A DNA stretch of 64,000 nucleotides, taken from NCBI GenBank assembly GCA_963769935.1, contig CAVYNY010000014.1, forward strand, positions 1 through 64,000, in the 5' to 3' direction. Made by a program: the position numbers and the translations under genes. Numbering within the stretch: position 1 is the stretch's first letter; each line of letters opens with the position of its first letter. Below, one piece after another: positions 22,554-32,819 of the stretch. The notes under the pieces are model-generated. The model had not been told where the DNA came from, did not search any database, and worked only from the letters and a program-made list of their open reading frames with translations. This DNA comes from an uncultured delta proteobacterium. GTDB taxonomy: Bacteria > Desulfobacterota > Desulfobacteria > Desulfobacterales > JAFDCJ01.

Positions 22554-22652
22554 ATCCCCAGAGCCTGTTAAAAGAGGCGCCCGGGGATTTTTTTTGGAGG
22601 GAAATACGGCAAGGCCCGGACCGCGCAGGCTGCGGAATATGCGGGCCTTTTT
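22554..22652 (+). promoter_or_regulatory. Structured 5' leader with two terminator-like hairpins
   Basis: atcccc..gcct..aggc..ggggat followed by a T-run (22554-22595); aaggcccg..ccgc..gcgg..cgggcctt followed by Ts (22611-22652). Confidence 0.5.
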
Positions 22653-22768
22653 AATCCGGCGGACACTGGGACGATCCGTCGAATCTTCCCTGAAAAATTT
22701 GATGCAGAAAAAAGTTTGAAATTGTAAAAAAATCTGATATGTTGCCATAAATTATGAGAGGAGAGGCC

Positions 22769-23083
22769 ATGAACATCTACGTAGGGAATCTGTCATACAG
22801 TGTCACCGAAGACGATTTGCGGCAGGCTTTTGAGGCCTTCGGGCAGGTAGCGTCCGTTTCCATTATCAAGGACAAATACAGCAACCAGTCCAAGGGCTTC
22901 GGTTTTGTCGAAATGCCGGGCAAAGAAGAAGCCCAGGCAGCCATCAACGAAATGAACGGCAAAGATCTGAAGGGACGCGCGCTGAACGTGAATGAGGCGC
23001 GGCCCCGGACCGGCGGCGACCGCCGCGGCGGCGGGGGCGGCGGAGGCGGGGACAGGCGCCCCGGGGGCAAAAACCGCTACTAA
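22769..23083 (+). CDS. RRM RNA-binding protein with Gly-rich tail
   Basis: RNP2 IYVGNL, RNP1 KGFGFVEM, VNEARPR; AGGAG RBS. Confidence 0.95.
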   Translation: MNIYVGNLSYSVTEDDLRQAFEAFGQVASVSIIKDKYSNQSKGFGFVEMPGKEEAQAAINEMNGKDLKGRALNVNEARPRTGGDRRGGGGGGGGDRRPGGKNRY

Positions 23084-23287
23084 CAGGCGGCCATTTCGCT
23101 CACCATCAGATAGCGGGAAGCAACGGATTACTGTGAGGAAGGAAAGGGCACAGCGCAAAAAGTGCCCTCCGGGTACCTTTCACCATCAGCCGGCCCGGAA
23201 ACGTTTTGTCTGCTGCGGTTCTGAGCTTGGACCTGTTTTCAGGACTGCTTTCCATGTCAGGCCCGGCGCTGCCTGAAGTCGCCGGGT

Positions 23288-23824
23288 TCACTTTTTTTCC
23301 CTGCCGGATTGTTCACGATACCGGCGGACCCAGCCGTTTAACGCTGTGTAGGCCTGGTTGACGAAGTGGCTCCCTTTGTCTTTCCAGATCTCAAAAAGTC
23401 CGTGACTCTTCACCGAAAATGCGTCCCATCGCGGGCCCATTTTTTCAACTGCGGCAGCCACCTCCTGCTTGAGTCTTTTAGCGGCGCGATCGACCGTTTC
23501 CGGAACAAATTCCCCCAATTCCTTGAGCTCTCCGGCCGCCCGGTCGAAGGCCTGCCGGATGGTGTCGGCGTTGATTTTTTCCTGGGCGCCGGCCAGAATC
23601 TTTTTAAACTCGGCCCGCATTTTATGGTAGGCCGCGCGTTCCTGCGGACCGGGGTCCGCATCATCCGCGGGTTGGAATGAGACATCGATTTCCCTTTCGG
23701 CCTCGATCCAATCCTTTACCGGGTCACCATCGGAAAACCCCCTTTTTTGAGCCCGATAATAAGCGGCCGTTTCAATCAGGCGCTGTCGTTGCTCCGATGT
23801 CGATGATTTGTTGATATTATTCAT
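23288..23824 (-). CDS. DUF2934-domain protein with helical C-terminal domain
   Basis: IETAAYYRAQKRGF..GDPVKDWIEAEREI. Confidence 0.75.
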   Translation of the reverse strand: MNNINKSSTSEQRQRLIETAAYYRAQKRGFSDGDPVKDWIEAEREIDVSFQPADDADPGPQERAAYHKMRAEFKKILAGAQEKINADTIRQAFDRAAGELKELGEFVPETVDRAAKRLKQEVAAAVEKMGPRWDAFSVKSHGLFEIWKDKGSHFVNQAYTALNGWVRRYREQSGREKK

Positions 23825-24178
23825 AATACATATTCCTTTGGTTAAACATTTTAATTACATTGATGCCGCTGGGTGCAGGTGATCTTTCGGCACCAGCTAA
23901 ACTAATTTAAGCCAGACGCAGACAATTTCAAGGGGAGAGGACCGTCTACACGAAATCCGGGCAGCATCGCTTTTCGGCCGCAGGAATAGGCATCTCTCAC
24001 TTCTTTTTCAAGGTGTTTGCATTCAGGATTTGAAGCCGAATACCATATCGTCACCGTTGCCTTTTGGATCAATGTCTTGACAACTTGCAAGGCCCGGTTA
24101 TATTTATTGACCAGGCTCACGCGAAACCCTGCCGCGGGAAAGCACAACCAGACTAATCCGGAAAATGCCATCATAGAA

Positions 24179-24547
24179 ATGTCACCCCAAATAACCTTAA
24201 AAAATGACTACATTTTAATAGAACCCAAAGCAGGAACTGATTTTAGAGAGATACAGCGGGGGGTGGCAAGATTATTCTACGTGGATGAGATTCCAAAGCA
24301 AAATAGGATATGGGTTTTCCGTAAGGGCCGGGAAAATTTCTCCTACGCTGATTTGTATAAGCTGCGGGACATCATTAAAGAATACTATCCCGTAGACGCG
24401 AGAATTCACAAAACCGCGATCGTCGTCGAATCCGGCTTGCAGACCAGCCTCGCGGAATCCTTTACGAAAATCACCGCGGATCTGCCTCAAAAGTACAGGG
24501 TTTTTTCCAATTTAGCGGATGCTGAAGATTGGATAAAAGAACTATAA
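24179..24547 (+). CDS. Hypothetical protein, STAS/SEC14-like small alpha/beta domain
   Basis: KTAIVVES...YRVFSNLADAEDWI C-terminal pattern; start ATG 24179. Confidence 0.6.
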   Translation: MSPQITLKNDYILIEPKAGTDFREIQRGVARLFYVDEIPKQNRIWVFRKGRENFSYADLYKLRDIIKEYYPVDARIHKTAIVVESGLQTSLAESFTKITADLPQKYRVFSNLADAEDWIKEL

Positions 24548-24599
24548 CATGAGTGGCATATACACCGTAATCCACGCAACCTGATTTTTCCGGCCGACA

Positions 24600-25058
24600 C
24601 TAATTCGGATGTTGTTTGCCGGCTGTTTCATTCGCGCCGGAAAGGGACTTCTTATTTCTTCTTTCGGTACCGCTTCTTCTCTCAGGAATATAATGCGTGT
24701 AAGAAAAATGGCGACGATCCGGTTCTATCCTGCGGTCATCAGATTCAGACGGCTTTGATGGGTGCGAATGTTTTTTTTCAGGTTTACGCCTGAATACAGC
24801 TCCATTTCCGGACCCTCCGGAATGAATGTTTTTTTCAAGCCTCGACCTTAATGTTTCCACGCTGAGCGCACTGAGGACAATATGCCTGCTTTTCAATTTG
24901 ATAATGCTTTTGATCCTTCGTCCCGCGGTAGCATCGATCAGCATCCCGGTTCCAGCTGCGGAACGCGCTATTGCCTCTCTCCGAGCGTCCCCTGCCCTCA
25001 GAACTTCAACAATATTTTCGCTCTCGATGAAATGCTTATTCCCGATAGAGATCATCAT
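24600..25058 (-). CDS. RemA/DUF370 family regulator with C-terminal ERR-repeat extension
   Basis: MISIGNKHFI...LIDATAGRRIKSII...HIVLSALSVETLRSRL, followed by DDRRIEPDRR...YIPERRSGTERR. Confidence 0.75.
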   Translation of the reverse strand: MMISIGNKHFIESENIVEVLRAGDARREAIARSAAGTGMLIDATAGRRIKSIIKLKSRHIVLSALSVETLRSRLEKNIHSGGSGNGAVFRRKPEKKHSHPSKPSESDDRRIEPDRRHFSYTHYIPERRSGTERRNKKSLSGANETAGKQHPN

Positions 25059-25173
25059 TATTCTTCCTGCCGAACCTTTGGCAAAAAGATAAATCCACGA
25101 ATTGACGCGGGGATGACCTGAAAATGATTAAAATGTTATTTTGAAGTCCCGGAATGACGGCCCAACAGAAAAT

Positions 25174-26208
25174 CTATTCCCACGAATTGACGGCATCGAT
25201 GAATTCTCTCAACCTGCCGAAATCGGCTCGATTAAAATCCACAACAAGCCTCGGTAAATGACGGATTTCCGGCTCATCCCCTTCTTCGGGAAAAGACCCG
25301 GACGCCCGTATGTCCCCGTTGGCGCTCAACATATCGGAAAATTGATTTTTCAGATCCTTTACGACAGCTTCATCGATCGGCGATGTCAAACGGATTATTA
25401 ATTGATTGCCGACATATCGGAGGCTGTGATAGCGGCGGTAGAATCGATTAATGCATTCCACCGCCTCATCGACCGCATCGAGGCTTTCGAATATTTTCAA
25501 GTCGGATTCGCCGATATAGCCTTTTGCCAGAAGCTGCTGCTTTATGAACCGAATCCAGTTTGACCAATAGCTGCCGCCCGGCTCGTCCACCAGAATAAGC
25601 GGCAGCGGGTTTCGTTTACCGGTTTGCACCAGGGTGAGGGTTTCCATGGCTTCATCGAGTGTGCCGAATCCGCCGGGAAAAAGCACAGCGGCATCCGCTT
25701 CCTTTAAGAAAGCCACTTTACGGTTGAAAAAATATTTGTACCAAATAATTTTGGGATCGCCTTCGAGGGTCGGATTCGGTTTTTGCTCGAAGGGCAGCTG
25801 AATATTAACTCCGAAAGAGTGGTCCGGACCCGCTCCTTCATTAACGGCCTGCATAATACCGGCCCCTCCGCCGGTAATAACCATATAGCCGGATTCTGAT
25901 AATTTTTTACCCAGCAGATGTGCCATTTTGTAAATCAATTCAGAAGGCTGCGTCCGCGCCGAACCAAATACGGTCACCTTTTTGATGTGGCGGTAATCGC
26001 GAAATATTTTTGCCGTATAGCGCATTTCCTTTAATGATGTGTTCATGAGTTTCAGATCGACCCGGCCGTCATCCTCATGACCTGCTTTCAAGGATGCCAG
26101 AATCATCTCTCGAACAATACCGGGCCGCTGGACCCCCCCTGCCATATCGATTAAATGCGCGATCACTTCTTCTATCCGTCCATTGTTTGCTTTAAAATGT
26201 AATTTCAT
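25174..26208 (-). CDS. LOG family (TIGR00730-like) protein, long form
   Basis: VTVFGSAR, ITGGGAGIMQAVNEGA, LPFEQ.PN, KYFFNRK, FPGGFGTLDE. Confidence 0.9.
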   Translation of the reverse strand: MKLHFKANNGRIEEVIAHLIDMAGGVQRPGIVREMILASLKAGHEDDGRVDLKLMNTSLKEMRYTAKIFRDYRHIKKVTVFGSARTQPSELIYKMAHLLGKKLSESGYMVITGGGAGIMQAVNEGAGPDHSFGVNIQLPFEQKPNPTLEGDPKIIWYKYFFNRKVAFLKEADAAVLFPGGFGTLDEAMETLTLVQTGKRNPLPLILVDEPGGSYWSNWIRFIKQQLLAKGYIGESDLKIFESLDAVDEAVECINRFYRRYHSLRYVGNQLIIRLTSPIDEAVVKDLKNQFSDMLSANGDIRASGSFPEEGDEPEIRHLPRLVVDFNRADFGRLREFIDAVNSWE

Positions 26209-26645
26209 ATGCCCATCTTATCAGAAAATTTCGGTATTGAGTTTAAGTTTTTTCATTCAATATTGGACGTTCGACCTGCCCGCAATGTCTTAAAACAAGG
26301 CCAGAACAAATATGGACATTTGATTTATAACTGCATGATTACGATAATCAGTAGTATGTGCATGGCAGGCGGGTGTTCGATGTTCGGCGTTCCCCTCTCG
26401 AAACAAGCTCTGATGGAATCGCTGCAACCGGTGAATGTTGACCAAATATCTTAGAGCTAATGGGGGGACACCCACGAAATCGCCTGCTTTGCTGCCGGGG
26501 CACCCATGGTCCGGCGCGCTAAAAATACTGTCTTGACCCCATTGCCAAATCCCGGCGGGCATCTTAATAATTTTCTTTCGGGCGGTGTCGCGGCCGTCCG
26601 GGGAAGTTTCTGAAGCAAAGAATGAACGCAGAAAGGAAAGCGCAC

Positions 26646-27593
26646 ATGAAAAAACGCAAACTCGGCAATTCCGGATTGGAAGTTTCTCCGCTGGCATTCG
26701 GCGGCAATGTCTTCGGCTGGACCGCGGACGAGACTATGTCATTCAGACTGCTCGATGCATTCGTCGCCGCAGGGTTTAATCTCATCGACACGGCGGATGT
26801 GTATGCACGCTGGGTTGCAGGCCACCAAGGCGGCGAATCGGAGACAATCATCGGCAAATGGTTGCAGCGCAGCGGCAAACGGCAGAAGGTCATCATTGCC
26901 ACCAAGGTCGGAAAAGAAATGGGGCCGAATAAAAAAGGACTCTCAAAGTCATATATATTTCAGGCGGTGGAGGAATCGCTGCGGCGTCTGCAAACGGACT
27001 ACATCGATTTGTACCAGTCCCACGACGACGATGCGGCAACTCCTATGGAAGAAACCCTGGAAGCCTTTGGCCAGTTGATCAAGGACGGAAAAATCAGGGC
27101 CATCGGCGCATCCAACTTCAGCGCGCAGCGCCTGGCTGAAGCGCTGCAGGTCAGCGAACGACAGGGCTATCCGCGCTACCAGAGCCTGCAGCCCTTGTTC
27201 AATCTCTATGATCGCGCCGACTATGAAAAGGAGCTCGAACCGCTCTGCCGGGAAAAGGAATTGGGTGTCATCTGCTATTTTTCGCTGGCCAGCGGGTTTC
27301 TCACCGGCAAGTACCGCTCGGAAGCCGACCTGGCAAACCGCGCCCGCGCCGACATGGTTAAAAAATATCTGAATGCGCGGGGATACCGGATCCTGGAGGC
27401 CCTGGACCGGGTGGCGCAGCAACACAAGGTGACGGCTGCGGCAGCAGCCCTTGCCTGGTTGATTGCCCGGCCGACCATTACCGCTCCGATTGCCAGCGCC
27501 ACCAGCCTCGAACAGTTAAACCAATTGATCGATGCGGCGACCCTGGAGTTAGATCCATCTTCGATGGCGCTTTTGGATCAGGCGAGCGCCTGA
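26646..27593 (+). CDS. Aldo/keto reductase
   Basis: RKLGNSGLEVSPL, IDTADVY, IATK, SLRRLQTDYIDLYQSH, IGASN. Confidence 0.93.
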   Translation: MKKRKLGNSGLEVSPLAFGGNVFGWTADETMSFRLLDAFVAAGFNLIDTADVYARWVAGHQGGESETIIGKWLQRSGKRQKVIIATKVGKEMGPNKKGLSKSYIFQAVEESLRRLQTDYIDLYQSHDDDAATPMEETLEAFGQLIKDGKIRAIGASNFSAQRLAEALQVSERQGYPRYQSLQPLFNLYDRADYEKELEPLCREKELGVICYFSLASGFLTGKYRSEADLANRARADMVKKYLNARGYRILEALDRVAQQHKVTAAAAALAWLIARPTITAPIASATSLEQLNQLIDAATLELDPSSMALLDQASA

Positions 27594-27646
27594 AAGCGCA
27601 TTCACGCTCAGCATCCTTTTGCGCTTTGCGATGATCTCGCGCACCC

Positions 27647-28639
27647 TCAGGGCTTGAAACCCTCGACCAGGGAAAACATGCCCTTGGTCTGAATCAGATT
27701 GATGCGGGAAAATCCGGCTGCCGTCAGACCGCCTTTGATCTCATCAAAAGTATAGGTGCGGCCCCCTGACGTGCCGGCCAGCATGTTCACCGCGAACAGG
27801 GCGCCTTCCAGCGGCTGGGTGCGATCCGCCGACATGACGTGGTCGCGGATCACAATCCGGCCTCCCGGGTCCAGGGCGCGGTAGATTTTGCCGTACAGAA
27901 CCTGGTTTTGGGCAAAACTGCTCTGGTGGATAATGGCCGATAAAAGCACCAGGTCGTGCCCGGAAGGCAGTTCGTCTTTGTAGAAGTCCCCGTTAACCAG
28001 TTCGACGCGGTCGAGCATATCGGCGGCTTGAACGCGCTCGCGCGCCATTTCGATGACCGGCGGCAGGTCGAACAGGGTCGCCCTCATTTCAGGCACCGCG
28101 CTGAGCATCGCCAGGGTGTAGGTGCCGGAGCCGCCGCCCACGTCCAACAGCCGGCGGGCCTGTCCCGGATTGATTGCAGCCACAACCCCCGGCGCGGCTT
28201 TGGAAGCGACCACGTGCATGGCGCCGATAAAGGCTTGGCGGTTGCCTTCGGCCAGGGCGCCTTTCTTTTTAAGACCCGGCGTAGTCTTGCCGAGCACAAT
28301 GTCCGTGATTTCGGACCAGTTATGCCACACCGTTCCCATGTGAAGAACCATGGGCAGAATTGAATCGGACGCGGCAGCCGACAGCAGGGGGGCGGTCGCC
28401 GGCTCGGTCCGGTACCGGCCATCTTTTTTCACCAAAAACCCCAGGGCGCTCAACGCGTCGAGCAGGATCACCATCTTGTGCAGATCGGACCGGGTGGCGG
28501 CCGTGATTTGCTCCGCCGTCAGGGATTCCATCGCGAGCAAGCTGAAAAGATCCAGCTCCGCGCCGCTGAGAAGTACACGACTGGCCATAAAACCGCGGGC
28601 CAATTCCAGGATTGATTCTTCCGTGATTTTTGCGCTCAT
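27647..28639 (-). CDS. SAM-dependent O-methyltransferase (dimerisation plus Methyltransf_2)
   Basis: GAELDLF, LLDVGGGSG, LFDLP, GDFY, SAIIH. Confidence 0.9.
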   Translation of the reverse strand: MSAKITEESILELARGFMASRVLLSGAELDLFSLLAMESLTAEQITAATRSDLHKMVILLDALSALGFLVKKDGRYRTEPATAPLLSAAASDSILPMVLHMGTVWHNWSEITDIVLGKTTPGLKKKGALAEGNRQAFIGAMHVVASKAAPGVVAAINPGQARRLLDVGGGSGTYTLAMLSAVPEMRATLFDLPPVIEMARERVQAADMLDRVELVNGDFYKDELPSGHDLVLLSAIIHQSSFAQNQVLYGKIYRALDPGGRIVIRDHVMSADRTQPLEGALFAVNMLAGTSGGRTYTFDEIKGGLTAAGFSRINLIQTKGMFSLVEGFKP

Positions 28640-29090
28640 TTAATTCCTCCTCGCCGTGCCGCTGCGCCGGAACATTGAAGTCGGTTCAACCGGCTGCAAT
28701 GTCCGACGGAAAACCATGATATTCTCCCGAAAAAGCAGACGTTCATAATCCAATTTCTATACCTTGCGAATCCGAAAAATGCAAAAGAAATGTATAGAAT
28801 CCTGGCCCGGAGTGGTGGTCGTTGCCGTCAGATGACCCCTGGAATATTGGAAGGGTGCCTGCGGATCGGAGAAAAAATGAAATATTGGAAAAATATAACC
28901 GGGTTTTTAAACAACTCCTTTCATCAATCACCGCTCCCGACCATTTACAATTTAGGGAAAATCGACGGGGTGTGTTTCTTCTTTTAGCGGCGGTTGACAT
29001 CGGCAGCCGAAACGTCAATCTTATATGGGATTGTATCTGGCACGCAAATTCCTGCCTTAAAAGCGGTGGAAAACCAAGAGAGGAAAAATA

Positions 29091-30179
29091 ATGGATCAAA
29101 GCCTGGCGCAGTTGCTGGACCTGGCCGCGCAGATCGTCCCGAACAGATATCTGCAGGCCCTTTTGATTATCGTCGCGTTTGCCGTTTTGGCCAAGATCGC
29201 GGATATAATCATGACCCGCTTCCTGGAGCGCTTGTTCAGGAAAACCAATTTAACACTGGACGAACAGATCCTGGAAATCTTTCACAGGCCGATCTTTGTC
29301 AGCATCATGCTTTTCGGCCTGGCGCTGGCCGCCGATCGGTTGAATTTATCCCAGAAAATTAATTTCGTGACGCTGAGCGGGCTCAAGACCATTGCCATAT
29401 TTTTGTGGACGGCGGCCTTTGCCCGCTTTCTGAAGCTGTTGATCGGGGTGGTCGGCCGCGACAACCGGCGATTCCATCTGATCCATGAACGGACCCTGCC
29501 GCTGTTCAGCAACCTGTGCATGATTCTGGTGGCGGCCCTGGCCCTGTACTTTTTTATGCTGGCCTGGAACATCAATGTAACCGCCTGGATGGCCTCGGCC
29601 GGTATCCTCGGTCTGGCCATCTCCTTTGCCGCCAAAGATACGCTGGCCAACCTGTTTGCCGGGGTGTTCATCCTGGCCGATGCCCCTTACAAACTCGGGG
29701 ATTTCATCGTACTGGATTCAGGCGAGCGGGGCATGGTGACTCATATCGGCATCCGCAGCACCCGCCTGCTCACCCGCGACGACGTTGAGATCACGGTGCC
29801 CAATTCGATCATGGGCAACGTCAAGATCACCAACGAGACCGGCGGTCCTTCCGAGCGATACCGCATCCGCATCAAGATAGGCGTAGCCTATGGATCCGAC
29901 ATCGACACCGTGCAGTCGGTGCTGTTGGATGTGGCCGGAAGCAATCCCGAGGTCTGCAAGATACCGCAGCCGCGGGTTCGCTTCCGGGCTTTCGGCGAAT
30001 CGAGCCTCGATCATGAACTGTTGTGCTGGGTGGAAAGACCCGTGCTGCGGGGACGGGTATTGCATGCCCTGAACACCGCAATCTATAAACGGTTTCTGAA
30101 AGAAGGCATTGAAATCCCATTCCCGCAGCGGGACGTGCACATCAAGTCGACACCGGTTCCGCCGGCCGCCGTCGAGTGA
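29091..30179 (+). CDS. MscS family mechanosensitive channel
   Basis: TM helices, ASAGILGLAISFAAKDTLANLFAG, HIGIRST, GIEIPFPQRDVH. Confidence 0.92.
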   Translation: MDQSLAQLLDLAAQIVPNRYLQALLIIVAFAVLAKIADIIMTRFLERLFRKTNLTLDEQILEIFHRPIFVSIMLFGLALAADRLNLSQKINFVTLSGLKTIAIFLWTAAFARFLKLLIGVVGRDNRRFHLIHERTLPLFSNLCMILVAALALYFFMLAWNINVTAWMASAGILGLAISFAAKDTLANLFAGVFILADAPYKLGDFIVLDSGERGMVTHIGIRSTRLLTRDDVEITVPNSIMGNVKITNETGGPSERYRIRIKIGVAYGSDIDTVQSVLLDVAGSNPEVCKIPQPRVRFRAFGESSLDHELLCWVERPVLRGRVLHALNTAIYKRFLKEGIEIPFPQRDVHIKSTPVPPAAVE

Positions 30180-30344
30180 CGGATCCGCCGCAAACCTGCG
30201 GCGATTATTTTCTTCGAAAAGCGCAGCCGCGGGGCTTGACACGGCCGGTCCATGATCCTTAGTTTGGAATTGCAACTAAGTATCCTGCACGCCGCGCGGC
30301 AAACTTGTGGGAACGAAGAACGATAATTTTTGGGGAGGACGGCG

Positions 30345-31139
30345 ATGGAATTTAAAATTGAAGGCAAGCGGGCGCTGGTAACCGGCTCAACGGCCGGCAT
30401 CGGGTTTGCGGCCGCCCGCGCCCTGGCAAAGGAGGGTGCAGTCGTCACCCTGAATGGTCGAACCGAGGCCCGGGTCGCCGAGGCGCTGGAGCGCATCAAA
30501 ACCGAACTGCCCGGTGCGGCGGTTGACGGTATCGCCGCAGATCTCAGCGGCAGTGACGGCTGCCGCAGACTGGCCGGTCGGCTGCCTGAGGCTGACATAC
30601 TCGTCAACAATCTCGGCATCTTCAAGCCGCAGCCGTTCGAGCATATATCGGATCAGGACTGGCTGCGCTTCTTCGAAACCAACGTGCTCAGCGGAATCCG
30701 GCTCGCGCGCCACTACATGCCCGGCATGCGATCGCGCCGCTGGGGACGCATCGTCTTCGTGTCAAGCGAATCGGCAATCCAGATCCCGACCGAGATGATC
30801 CACTACGGCATGACCAAAACCGCACAGCTGGCTGTGGCGCGCGGTCTCGCCGAAATCCTCGCCGGCACGGGCGTCACGGTCAACAGCGTACTTCCCGGAC
30901 CGACTGCTTCAGAGGGGGTCGGTGAGTTTGTGGCGCAAATGGCAGCCGAGCGCGGTTTGGATGCCGCCGCGATGGAGCGGGAATTTTTCAAAACCGCACG
31001 TCCCACATCCCTCCTGCAGCGATTTGCCACAACCGACGAGGTCGCAGCGATGATTGCCTACGTGTGCAGCGCCCGGGCGTCAGCAACGACGGGAGCCGCA
31101 CTGCGGGTCGACGGCGGTGTGGTGCGGGCTATCATATAA
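30345..31139 (+). CDS. SDR family oxidoreductase
   Basis: VTGSTAGIG, LVNNLG, YGMTK, VNSVLPGPT; GGAGG RBS before ATG 30345. Confidence 0.93.
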   Translation: MEFKIEGKRALVTGSTAGIGFAAARALAKEGAVVTLNGRTEARVAEALERIKTELPGAAVDGIAADLSGSDGCRRLAGRLPEADILVNNLGIFKPQPFEHISDQDWLRFFETNVLSGIRLARHYMPGMRSRRWGRIVFVSSESAIQIPTEMIHYGMTKTAQLAVARGLAEILAGTGVTVNSVLPGPTASEGVGEFVAQMAAERGLDAAAMEREFFKTARPTSLLQRFATTDEVAAMIAYVCSARASATTGAALRVDGGVVRAII

Positions 31140-31429
31140 AACACGGCGCTGATTTGCCACTTTCGCAGACCTGGCGGGCCCGAGATGGAAGGAAAATTTT
31201 GCCAAGATGGAAGAGATGATCCTGCATGTGAGCGGCGGCGTGGTGGCGGTGCTGCCCCTGGCGCTCACCTTCCGGATCCGAAGCCGCTGCCTGCCGGTGA
31301 AACAGCACAACGGCCAAAGAAACTCATCCGAGGGCTTGATCGCCAGGTTTCGGTTGTATTAATTTATCTAACCTGCGTATAGTCGGTCATCGGCAAATTC
31401 CTGCCATTACCGCAATTGAGGAAGTATCC

Positions 31430-32374
31430 ATGCTACCGAGAAAGACCGTCGGTCTGGTGCTGGGCAGCGGGTCATCACGCGGCTGGGCCCATATCGGTGC
31501 CATTGAAGCCCTGGAAGAAGAAAAAATCCCTATCGATTTCGTTGTCGGGTGCAGCGCTGGTTCGTATGTCGGCGCCATCTATGCCAGCGGCAGCCTCAGG
31601 AGCCTCAAGGAGTTCGTTCTGAAAATGGACGGCAAAAAGGTCTTTTCGTACTTCGACGTCGCGTTCCCGCGCTCGGGGGTCCTGAACGGCACCAAGCGGT
31701 TGAAAGAGCTTTATTCGATGCACACCGATGCGACCGATTTTTCCGATCTGAAAATCCCGGTCATGATGGTCGCCACCGACCTTGCCAGCGGCCAAAAAGT
31801 CGTTCTGAAGTCCGGCAGTGTCCTGGAAGCCCTCCGGGCGACCATGTCCGTACCGGGGCTTTTTGCCCCTGTGAGAATTAAGGACCGCTGGCTTGTGGAC
31901 GGCGGCCTCGTGGACCCGGTGCCGGTGGGTGTCGCCAGGGCCATGGACGCCGATGCCGTGATAGCCGTTGACCTCAACAGCGGGATTATCTCAAGTAGAA
32001 GAAAGACACGGCCCATCCGGCGCGAGATCAAAAAAACCGGCGAATCGCCGACATATAAAAGCGAGCTGTTTCAAAAGCTGCTGGAATATTACGAAGCCGC
32101 TGAATTTACCTTCGCCGAAAAAGTCAGTGAGCTGCTCAGAAGAGAATCCGCGACTCCGGATATCATCGAGACCGTCATGTCCTCCATCAATATCATGCAG
32201 GAGCGGATCACCCGCATCAATCTGGCGGTCGAACCGCCTGACGTGTTAATCCAGCCGCACCTCGGGCAGCTGAAGATGATGGACTTCGACCAGGTCGAAC
32301 ACACCATCGAAGAAGGTCATGCCGCCGTCAAAGATAAAATTGAAGAAATTAAAAGGCTGCTCGAACCGATATAA
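31430..32374 (+). CDS. Patatin-like phospholipase (RssA-like)
   Basis: GSGSSRGWAHIG, GCSAG nucleophile elbow, DGG. Confidence 0.92.
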   Translation: MLPRKTVGLVLGSGSSRGWAHIGAIEALEEEKIPIDFVVGCSAGSYVGAIYASGSLRSLKEFVLKMDGKKVFSYFDVAFPRSGVLNGTKRLKELYSMHTDATDFSDLKIPVMMVATDLASGQKVVLKSGSVLEALRATMSVPGLFAPVRIKDRWLVDGGLVDPVPVGVARAMDADAVIAVDLNSGIISSRRKTRPIRREIKKTGESPTYKSELFQKLLEYYEAAEFTFAEKVSELLRRESATPDIIETVMSSINIMQERITRINLAVEPPDVLIQPHLGQLKMMDFDQVEHTIEEGHAAVKDKIEEIKRLLEPI

Positions 32375-32474
32375 GTATGTGCCGGAGATATCAAAGGGGG
32401 GAAAAAGTGCGCAGAGGCGGCATGCAGGATACCGACCGGCTTCCCCACCTGCCCGATGGCAGCGGACGCTTTTT

Positions 32475-32819
32475 TTATTCTTCGGCCTCGGCTGCCGCGG
32501 CGGCGAGTTTCTTTTCCCTTTTGGCTCTTTTTTTCGTCGGATCTGTATCGGTTCGCTTATGCTTTGGTGCATCAGTCTGCGGCGCGCTTAATTTCTCAGC
32601 CTTAATTTCAGCCCGCTGTGCGATCTCCGATTCCAGTTTTACAATATCTGCCAGTTGATACCCTGCCTTGCGTATCTCGGCCCTAAAGTGCTTTACGGTT
32701 GGATCCTTTTTAATTCGGTCATGGGGCATTGCCCTTGTTTTGAGGAATTCCAGGCGGGCGGCCAACTTGCTCGCAGCCAGGTTCTTATGGTTTTCGATAT
32801 ATGTTTTTTTATTCAGCAT
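32475..32819 (-). CDS. Hypothetical basic, Lys-rich helical protein
   Basis: 114-aa ORF with GGAG RBS and coiled-coil character. Confidence 0.65.
   Translation of the reverse strand: MLNKKTYIENHKNLAASKLAARLEFLKTRAMPHDRIKKDPTVKHFRAEIRKAGYQLADIVKLESEIAQRAEIKAEKLSAPQTDAPKHKRTDTDPTKKRAKREKKLAAAAAEAEE

Noticed and set aside
28743..29091. Several 65-118 aa ORFs upstream of mscS
   Set aside because: Mutually overlapping with no homology cues; the region contains degenerate octamer repeats instead.
31185..31382. Short ORFs between the SDR and patatin genes
   Set aside because: Two competing frames and no recognisable motif, so they cannot be supported.
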